Part shown: in pieces, positions 8,787 through 15,546 of the stretch
Layout: the number at the start of each line of letters is the position of its first letter
Numbering within the stretch: position 1 is the first letter of the stretch
Assembly (NCBI GenBank): GCA_044230315.1
Contig: JBGARJ010000016.1
Location: 14,271-78,270, forward strand
From: Saprospiraceae bacterium
GTDB lineage: Bacteria; Bacteroidota; Bacteroidia; Chitinophagales; Saprospiraceae
Length of the DNA: 64,000 bases
Reading direction: 5' to 3'
Made by a program: the position numbers and the translations under genes
Notes under the pieces: generated by a model
What the model saw: only the letters and a program-made list of their open reading frames with translations
What the model was told of the DNA's origin: nothing
Database searches by the model: none

Positions 8787-10946
8787 ATGAACCGATTCTT
8801 CTTCCTGGTCTTTTTTGCGCTGTTCGGCGCTGTATCTTTTGCTCAAACGTTCCAGCCCAACTGGTCATCGCTCGACACCCGGCCCACACCGGATTGGTGG
8901 CTCGACGCCAAATTTGGTATTTTTATTCACTGGGGCGTGTATTCGGTGCCCGCTTATACGGTGAAAGGCAATTACGCCGAATGGTACCAATATTCGCTCG
9001 AAACCAATGCCCACGAAGGCAAGGTGCGCGATTACCACCTGAAAAATTACGGCAACCGCAGTTATTACGATCTGGCCAACGATTTTCACGCTGAGCTCTT
9101 CGAGCCGGATGAATGGGCAAAGTTGTTTGAAACAGCCGGCGCCAAATATGTGGTGCTTACCTCCAAACACCACGATGGGTTTTGCCTGTGGCCCAGCGCA
9201 ACGGCCGATCAAACCTGGCACGGCGCCTGGAATGCCGTGAGCACCGGCCCGCGGCGCGACCTGGTCGGGGATCTGTTTGCCGCCTTGCAGAAAACCAGCG
9301 TCCGGCCCGGTCTTTACTATTCCCTGTATGAATGGTACAACCCCTTGTGGAAAATCGACCACAACCGTTATGCCTTTGAACACATGCTCCCGCAACTGCA
9401 TGACCTGGTGACCAAATACCAGCCCTGGGTGCTGTGGGCCGACGGCGATTGGGACGAAACCCCCGAACTCTGGCGCTCGCCGCAGTTTTTGGCCTGGCTG
9501 TACAACCAGAGCCCCGTCCGCGACCGGGTGGTGACCAACGACCGCTGGGGAAGCGGGGTGCGGTTCAAACACGGCGGGATCTACACACCAGAATACCAGC
9601 CCGACCTGGATTTTGAAGACCACCCCTGGGAGGAAAGCCGCGGCATGGGCTCCTCGTATGGATACAACCGCGCCGAAGATGCCAGCGACTACAATTCGGC
9701 CCAGTCGCTCGTCCTGCACCTCATCGACAAGGTATCGCGCGGCGGCAATTTTTTGCTGGATATCGGGCCCGATGCCCACGGCAAGATCCCGCCGATCATG
9801 CAGGAGCGCTTGCTGGAGATCGGGAAGTGGCTCGACATCAACGGCGAGGCGATTTATGGCACCCGGCGTTGGCGTACGCCCGTGCAGTGGAGCGACGGCA
9901 ATCAACAAATCAGTGCGGAACAACGGAAGGCCTGGACGGCCAGCGGCGATCTGTTGCTCAAACTTACGGTCAATCCCGATCCGGGTTTTGCCGTAAAAGA
10001 GGTCTTTTTTACCTATAACCCGAAAACCAATGCCCTGTACGCGATTTTTCCCAAATACCCGTCGGACAACCGCCTGGTGCTGAAGAACATCCAGGTGCCG
10101 AAAAATGCGGACGTCACTTTTTTATCGCTCAAGCAACGGCTTCGCGCAGAAGTGATCGGCAACAACACAACCATTTACCTCCCGGTTTACGACCCGAATG
10201 CGATCAAATCGCCGCATGCTTTTGCGGTGAAGATCGCCGAATTCGGCGATTTCGTGGCCAAGCCCAACATCGACATCCAATACGACCCGCAAACCATGCG
10301 GCCGTTGATCAATATGACATGCTCCACACCGGAGGCCGTGATCCGGTATACGGCCGACGGGACGGTCCCCACCGAAAAATCGGCGGCGTTTACCGCTCCT
10401 TCCACCATCAACGAACCACGCACCCTGCGCGCGCGTGCCTTCAAACCCGGCCTGTTGGCCAGCAAAGAGGACTCGGCCCGGGTGAAAATATTCCAGCAGA
10501 TGCCGAGCCTGTCTATGTTCCGCCAACCCGACGCGGGTCTGACCGTGCAGGTAGTGAAGACCGAGCGTTATTCCGCCCAAACGATCCCATACGGCTTTGT
10601 CCTGAAAAATGGACTGGCCGGCGCAATTGAACTGGACTCGATTTGCCTGACTGAAAAATGCGGGATGATCTGGCAGGGGTATCTGTTTATCCCGCAAACA
10701 GCCGGCTACCAGTTTTTCCTGGAATCGGACGATGGCAGCCAGCTCATCCTCGACAACCAGTTGGTCGTCGACAACGACGGCGACCACGGCATGCAGGAAG
10801 TGAGCGATTATGCCTTCCTGCAAAAAGGCTGGCACAAGATCCGGCTGTTGTATTTCAACAGCGGCGGCGCCGCCGGCCTCCGGGTATCTTATGGTACCAT
10901 CGGCGGCGCACGCATGCCCTTAGCGGCGCCGAATCTGGCGCACTGA
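8787..10946 (+). CDS. secreted alpha-L-fucosidase (GH29) with C-terminal chitobiase-type and PA14 domains
   Basis: Signal peptide MNRFFFLVFFALFGAVSFAQ at the internal ATG 8787. GH29 motifs FGIFIHWGVYSVPAY and VVLTSKHHDGFCLWPS. The C-terminus has IRYTADGTVPT... and a PA14-like segment GYQFFLESDDGSQLILDNQLVVDNDGDHG. Confidence 0.9.
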   Translation: MNRFFFLVFFALFGAVSFAQTFQPNWSSLDTRPTPDWWLDAKFGIFIHWGVYSVPAYTVKGNYAEWYQYSLETNAHEGKVRDYHLKNYGNRSYYDLANDFHAELFEPDEWAKLFETAGAKYVVLTSKHHDGFCLWPSATADQTWHGAWNAVSTGPRRDLVGDLFAALQKTSVRPGLYYSLYEWYNPLWKIDHNRYAFEHMLPQLHDLVTKYQPWVLWADGDWDETPELWRSPQFLAWLYNQSPVRDRVVTNDRWGSGVRFKHGGIYTPEYQPDLDFEDHPWEESRGMGSSYGYNRAEDASDYNSAQSLVLHLIDKVSRGGNFLLDIGPDAHGKIPPIMQERLLEIGKWLDINGEAIYGTRRWRTPVQWSDGNQQISAEQRKAWTASGDLLLKLTVNPDPGFAVKEVFFTYNPKTNALYAIFPKYPSDNRLVLKNIQVPKNADVTFLSLKQRLRAEVIGNNTTIYLPVYDPNAIKSPHAFAVKIAEFGDFVAKPNIDIQYDPQTMRPLINMTCSTPEAVIRYTADGTVPTEKSAAFTAPSTINEPRTLRARAFKPGLLASKEDSARVKIFQQMPSLSMFRQPDAGLTVQVVKTERYSAQTIPYGFVLKNGLAGAIELDSICLTEKCGMIWQGYLFIPQTAGYQFFLESDDGSQLILDNQLVVDNDGDHGMQEVSDYAFLQKGWHKIRLLYFNSGGAAGLRVSYGTIGGARMPLAAPNLAH

Positions 10947-10953
10947 TTTGCAG

Positions 10954-11157
10954 GGGTACAGGGTTTCAGGGTTTCAGGAGGTTTCAGGGTTTCAAGGTTT
11001 CAGATGGTTTCAGGGTTTCAGGAGGTTTCAAGGTTTCAGGAGGTTTCAGGGTTTCAAGGTTTCAGGAGGTTTCAGGGTTTCAGGAGGTTTCAGGATTTCA
11101 GGAGGTTTCAAGGTTTCAGAGGGTTTCAGGTGTTTTCAGGGGGGGGCAGGGTTTCAG
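10954..11157. repeat. tandem array of about 21 GGTTTCAG(G/A) units with 8-10 bp period
   Basis: Direct reading: ...cagggtttcagggtttcaggaggtttcagggtttcaaggtttcagatggtttcagggtttcaggaggtttcaagg... It starts 8 nt after the fucosidase stop codon. Confidence 0.95.
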
Positions 11158-11343
11158 CGGTTATGGGGGAAAGGGTATGATGGTAGGGGAGTGTGACATC
11201 CGGTTGGCGATTTTTCGGGTCCCGCTCGTCTAGCCGGCGGGGCAGTTAAACGGCCGGGGCCGGGATTTAACCGAATACCAAAACCCAAACAGTTACGCTC
11301 GTGTTTACCCTCGCAGCTACCCACATCCATAAAAACGAGTTAT

Positions 11344-12027
11344 ATGCTAACAACAGAGCACCTTACGAAGACCTATGCAACGGCGGCCGGCGGCCGGTTG
11401 ACGGTTCTGGACGATGTCAGTTTTGATTTGGCGGCCGGCGATACATTCGCCATTGTCGGCCCTTCCGGCAGTGGAAAAACAACCTTGCTGGGGCTGTGTG
11501 CCGGTCTTGACCGGGCCAGCAGCGGTTCGGTAACGCTCAACGGCATCCGCCTCGACGACTTGTCGGAGGACGAACGGGCAGAAGTACGCAACCGGTATGT
11601 GGGTTTTGTGTTTCAAAACTTTCAGCTGATCCCCACGCTTACCGCATTGGAAAATGTCATGGTGCCGCTCGAACTGCGCGGCGACGCCGACGCCGGGCGT
11701 ACCGCACGCCAATGGTTGGAAAAAGTGGGGCTACTCGACCGCCTCGACCACTATCCGGCTCAACTTTCCGGCGGCGAACAGCAGCGCGTATGTATCGCCC
11801 GCGCATTTGCCAACAGCCCGAAAATCCTCTTCGCCGATGAGCCGACGGGCAACCTGGATGCCGATAATGCTGCGGGTATCGTCGATTTGATCTTCGATCT
11901 CAACCGTACGGCCGGGACAACACTGGTGTTGGTCACGCACGACCTGGAACTGGCCAAGCGGACCGGACGGATCTTAAAACTGAAAGGTGGTAAAATGGAG
12001 GCGGCGATCAGCGACGCCGCCGCTTGA
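11344..12027 (+). CDS. ABC transporter ATP-binding protein (LolD/YbbA-like), with no adjacent permease gene
   Basis: Walker A GPSGSGKTT, Q-loop FVFQNF, signature LSGGEQQRV, Walker B ILFADEPTGNLD, H-loop VTHD. Confidence 0.9.
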   Translation: MLTTEHLTKTYATAAGGRLTVLDDVSFDLAAGDTFAIVGPSGSGKTTLLGLCAGLDRASSGSVTLNGIRLDDLSEDERAEVRNRYVGFVFQNFQLIPTLTALENVMVPLELRGDADAGRTARQWLEKVGLLDRLDHYPAQLSGGEQQRVCIARAFANSPKILFADEPTGNLDADNAAGIVDLIFDLNRTAGTTLVLVTHDLELAKRTGRILKLKGGKMEAAISDAAA

Positions 12028-12616
12028 TGGTGCAGCCGATGGCGCGGGTGAAATCGGGGTCGGGCCGTTCGCCGCGCAACAGAGCCGTAACGGCGTTTTC
12101 TACATATTTTTGCCGGACAGCGGCGGGTGTTTCCGGATTGTCGTCGATCGCGCCAATGTAGCGAACGATCAATTTTTTATCCAGAACAAACACGTGCGGC
12201 GTTCGGCTGGCGCCAAATTTCGGATACACGGTTTGGGTCGAATCGAACAGGTACACGAAAGGATACCGCATCTCCTTGGCACGTTTCTGCATTTCTTCGT
12301 AGCTGTCGTCGGGTACGATCGACGGATCATTCGGGTTGATCGCGATGACGGGGAAGCCCTTTGAATTGAATTTGCGGTGGAGGTCAATGATGCGCTGTTC
12401 GTACAATTGCGCATAGGGGCAATGGTTGCAGGTAAACACGACGATAAATCCCTTGGCCTCCGGAAAGTCGTCCAGAGAGATCAGTCTGCCATCGACGTTG
12501 AGGAGTGAAAAGTCTTCAGCTTTGTCGCCTACCACGTAAAAATCTGACCGGTTGGTAGCGTTGTAAAACAAGAAGACACCAGCGAGTAAGATAAGCGTGC
12601 GGATGGGTCTTTTCAT
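12008..12616 (-). CDS. secreted thioredoxin-fold (AhpC/TSA-like) protein
   Basis: N-terminal signal/anchor MKRPIRTLILLAGVFLF and redox motif FTCNHCPY. The 3' end overlaps the convergent ABC gene by 20 nt. Confidence 0.8.
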   Translation of the reverse strand: MKRPIRTLILLAGVFLFYNATNRSDFYVVGDKAEDFSLLNVDGRLISLDDFPEAKGFIVVFTCNHCPYAQLYEQRIIDLHRKFNSKGFPVIAINPNDPSIVPDDSYEEMQKRAKEMRYPFVYLFDSTQTVYPKFGASRTPHVFVLDKKLIVRYIGAIDDNPETPAAVRQKYVENAVTALLRGERPDPDFTRAIGCTIKRRRR

Positions 12617-12693
12617 GAGTGAAGGGAGTATTAAAATGTAAACGGTTTACGGAAATCGGCTTGCCCAACTGCATAAATTGAGTATACCGTAAA

Positions 12694-13224
12694 TCATCGG
12701 GTGCCCTCACTACCCAAACACGCTGCCTTTTGTACTGTTTTCAAAAAGGACAGGACAAAGGCCTCCAGCTGTTCGTAATTTTCAAATTGCTCCGGAAACA
12801 AAGCCCGTTGGCTGCCCCGAATGATCACCGTGGCAGGAAGCGTTCCTTCCCAATTCGGGTGCATTTTCGGTATCCAACTGTCTGCATCCTGGTCTGCCAG
12901 CAAAATCACCTCGGGTTTGAGGTGTTTTTTCTCCAGGAACGGGATGAATTGCTTTTCAAGCCGGCTCTTAAAATCCAGGCTGACCAGCCAAACTTCAAAA
13001 TCCGATCCCGCAAACTTCTGATGCAGTTCGTCGAAGCATGGTAGCTCTTCCACGCAAGGCCCGCACCAGGTTGCCCAAAAATTGATGACCACGGTGGTCT
13101 TCTTGCTGAGCTGGTGAATGCGCGCTTCCAGCTGTGGAAAGCTGTCGTACACAGTAAAGCTCTGCCCGCGCAACACGCAGGGAGCTAAGAAACAGATGAA
13201 GGAAATCAAGTACAGATTCCGCAT
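12694..13224 (-). CDS. TlpA-family thiol:disulfide oxidoreductase
   Basis: Signal peptide MRNLYLISFICFLAPCVLRGQ at the internal ATG (13222-13224) and motif FWATWCGPC. Confidence 0.85.
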   Translation of the reverse strand: MRNLYLISFICFLAPCVLRGQSFTVYDSFPQLEARIHQLSKKTTVVINFWATWCGPCVEELPCFDELHQKFAGSDFEVWLVSLDFKSRLEKQFIPFLEKKHLKPEVILLADQDADSWIPKMHPNWEGTLPATVIIRGSQRALFPEQFENYEQLEAFVLSFLKTVQKAACLGSEGTR

Positions 13225-13350
13225 GGCAGGAAACACTATAAAAAAGAGTATTAAAAAAAGGCCATGCAAGAAACGAATAACTCCCGGAAAGACAATCAGT
13301 TTTAACAGTTTTTCCGACAAAAATCAACCTACTTAACCTTTTTTAATACA

Positions 13351-13380
13351 AAACCCCTGAACAAAACTATTCAGGGGTTT
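13351..13380 (-). terminator. possible terminator hairpin downstream of the zinc-ribbon gene
   Basis: AAACCCCTGAA (13351-13361) / TTCAGGGGTTT (13370-13380). On the minus strand the stem runs into UUUGUAUU. Confidence 0.4.
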
Positions 13381-13409
13381 CATATTCAAAAAAAGTGCCA
13401 AAGTTAAAA

Positions 13410-14171
13410 TTACACTTCTACGGTAGCTTCCGGATGAGCAATGGATTGATCTACGAGAATACGGCCGCAGTGTTCGCACGCGATGATTTTTTTGTGCAAC
13501 CCGATCTCCAACTGCACCTGCGGCGGCACATGGTTGAAGCAACCGCCGCATGAATTGCGTTCTACGGTCACAACAGCCAGGCCGTTGCGGTAGGTGCGGC
13601 GCGTCTTGTCGTAGGCATTGAGCAGGCGGGCTTCTATACCTTCGCGCGCTTTGACGCTTTGGCTGCGCAGGCGGTTTTCTTCCGCCTCGGTTTTTTCAAT
13701 GATGCCCTGGAGTTCTACTTTTTTGGCATCCAGGTCTTTTTGCTTGGCTTCCAGCTTGGCTTCGGCTATGGCCAGGCTGTCTTTCTGGGCATCCAGTTTG
13801 CCCTTGGCGTCGCGCACTTTCTTTTCCGAGAGTTGGATATCGAGGTGCGCCAGTTCGATCTCTTTCTGGAGCGCTTCGTATTCGCGGTTGTTTTTGACTT
13901 CTTCGAGTTGCTTCTGGTAGCGCTTGATGTTGGTTTCTGCATCCTTGGCGCTGGTTTGCATCCGGCCAATTTCCTGGTCGCCCTCTTTTACGCCGGCCCG
14001 CAATTTTTTGCAACGCGTTTCCAGCCCCGCAATTTCGTCTTCGAGGTCGGCCACTTCCATGGGCAGCTCGCCTTTCAGGATTTGGATTTCATCAAGTTGG
14101 GAATCAATTAATTGTAAATCCCACAGTTTTTTCAGTTTATCGGTAATGGATGCTTCAACAGACATTGTCAA
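13410..14171 (-). CDS. coiled-coil protein with C-terminal C4 zinc ribbon (COG1579/DUF164 type)
   Basis: A long heptad-rich region followed by CGGCFNHVPPQ...ACEHCGRIL. It forms the widely conserved gene pair with the upstream Nif3 gene. Confidence 0.85.
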   Translation of the reverse strand: MTMSVEASITDKLKKLWDLQLIDSQLDEIQILKGELPMEVADLEDEIAGLETRCKKLRAGVKEGDQEIGRMQTSAKDAETNIKRYQKQLEEVKNNREYEALQKEIELAHLDIQLSEKKVRDAKGKLDAQKDSLAIAEAKLEAKQKDLDAKKVELQGIIEKTEAEENRLRSQSVKAREGIEARLLNAYDKTRRTYRNGLAVVTVERNSCGGCFNHVPPQVQLEIGLHKKIIACEHCGRILVDQSIAHPEATVEV

Positions 14172-14182
14172 TGCTTGAATTT

Positions 14183-14968
14183 TTAAAGATAAAAAACGGG
14201 ATTTGTATTCACCTCCGTCAAATGGAGCGCAAAATTAGGGAATTTTTCGTGGATCAACTCGTATAAAAGTTCGATGGTGAATTGTTCGCTTTCATAATGC
14301 CCCACATCGGCAATGATGAGGCGGTGTTCGGCGTCGAAAAATTCATGGTATTTGAAATCAGCCGTGACGAAAGCGTCGGCGCCGGCCCGCAGGGCGTCGG
14401 CCAGCAGGAAACTTCCGCTGCCGCCGCAGACCGCCACGATCTCAATGGGTTTATGGCGCAGGGCGGTGTGTCGCACGCAACCGGTTCGGAAAGCCCGTTT
14501 CACTTCCTGCAGAAAGGCCGCTTCCGGCATGGGAGCCGGCAGTTCGCCCAACAGGCCGGCGCCGACGTCCGTCAATCCCGGTTTGGGCGACAGGATGCGG
14601 GTATGCCGGAGGCCGAGTTTTTGCGCGATCCGGGCGTTCACGCCTTGCTGGTGCACATTGTCGAGGTTGGTATGGATGGCATACAAGGCTATGCCGTTCC
14701 GGATGGCTTGCATCACCGTTCGCTCCACATACGTGGCGCCGTTGAGGCGTTTGAGGCCGCGAAACACAATAGGGTGGTGGGCCACAACCAAATTGCAGCC
14801 CTTGCGCACGGCTTCCTCCACGACGGACTCTGTGGAATCGAGGCAAAACAGTACGCCCGTCAGGTCCGATTCGGGGTCGCCCACCAGAAGGCCCGAATTG
14901 TCGTACGACTCCTGCAGCTGCGGTGGGGCGATCGCTTCGAGTACCCGGATGATATCTTGTATTTGCAT
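14183..14968 (-). CDS. Nif3-like dinuclear metal centre protein (GTP cyclohydrolase 1 type 2 homologue)
   Basis: YDNSGLLVGD, VVAHHPIVFRGLK, IALYAIHTNLD and ADVGHYESEQ. Confidence 0.9.
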   Translation of the reverse strand: MQIQDIIRVLEAIAPPQLQESYDNSGLLVGDPESDLTGVLFCLDSTESVVEEAVRKGCNLVVAHHPIVFRGLKRLNGATYVERTVMQAIRNGIALYAIHTNLDNVHQQGVNARIAQKLGLRHTRILSPKPGLTDVGAGLLGELPAPMPEAAFLQEVKRAFRTGCVRHTALRHKPIEIVAVCGGSGSFLLADALRAGADAFVTADFKYHEFFDAEHRLIIADVGHYESEQFTIELLYELIHEKFPNFALHLTEVNTNPVFYL

Positions 14969-15156
14969 AGGCCAAAATGGGCTACCGCGCGACAGACGGC
15001 CAGCATAGTACCGGCCTTGAAACGCTAATAAACCAAAAGGGTTGTTCGCCGGCGAAAAATGCCGGAAAGTTTCCGGGTCCGCGTCCTTTTCACCGCCTGC
15101 TTTGCCGGGTTTGGGTTAAATTCAGCGTTGTTCTTTCTTTTGCCCTGCTATGGATG

Positions 15157-15164
15157 TAACTTTG
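15157..15164 (+). promoter_or_regulatory. putative -7 promoter box TAACTTTG upstream of tatA
   Basis: Matches TAnnTTTG, about 85 nt upstream of the tatA ATG. Confidence 0.3.
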
Positions 15165-15247
15165 CCCCGGTTTTCGGGTCGAACAACCGATTTAAAAACG
15201 AGCCGGCCAATACCGGGTTTTTCCTTCCAGTCTTTAAATTAACGAAC

Positions 15248-15463
15248 ATGACTTCCACTCTTCTTTTTCTTCAAAATCTCGGCGCTACGGAGCTGATGCT
15301 TATTTTGATGGTTATGCTATTGATGTTTGGCGGCAACAAAATTCCGGAGCTGATGCGCGGTTTGGGCAAAGGCATCCGTGAATTTAACAATGCCAAAAAC
15401 TCGGTAGAAGACGAAATCCGTCAGGGCATGCGCGATGCGGAAAAGAAATCCATCGAAAAATAA
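15248..15463 (+). CDS. tatA: twin-arginine translocase subunit TatA/E
   Basis: 71 aa. A TM helix is followed by the hinge FGGNKIPELMRGLGKGIREF. The start is the internal ATG at 15248. Confidence 0.9.
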   Translation: MTSTLLFLQNLGATELMLILMVMLLMFGGNKIPELMRGLGKGIREFNNAKNSVEDEIRQGMRDAEKKSIEK

Positions 15464-15488
15464 CCGTTGCCAACCGCTGAGTTTTGTC

Positions 15489-15529
15489 AAATCCCTGCCT
15501 GGCGCCAAACGTCAGGCAGGGATTTTTTT
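15489..15529 (+). terminator. intrinsic terminator after tatA
   Basis: AAATCCCTGCCTG (15489-15501) / CAGGCAGGGATTT (15513-15525) forms a 13-bp stem followed by a T run. Confidence 0.7.
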
Positions 15530-15546
15530 ATGCGGCAAACGCCGCC

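Noticed and set aside
10954-11157. The tandem array considered as a CRISPR locus.
   Set aside because: The units are 8-10 bp and directly abut each other without unique spacers. No cas genes are in the window.
10658-11233. ORFs 10658..11233 and 10948..11196, which translate the GGTTTCAG array as (GFQ/GFR/VSG)n.
   Set aside because: They stay open only because the repeat unit contains no stop codon in any plus frame. They have no start context. One overlaps the fucosidase gene out of frame.
12008-12027. The 20-nt overlap of the convergent ABC ATPase and thioredoxin-fold genes, considered as a regulatory antisense arrangement.
   Set aside because: Short convergent 3' overlaps are common. There is no additional structure or conservation evidence in the sequence.
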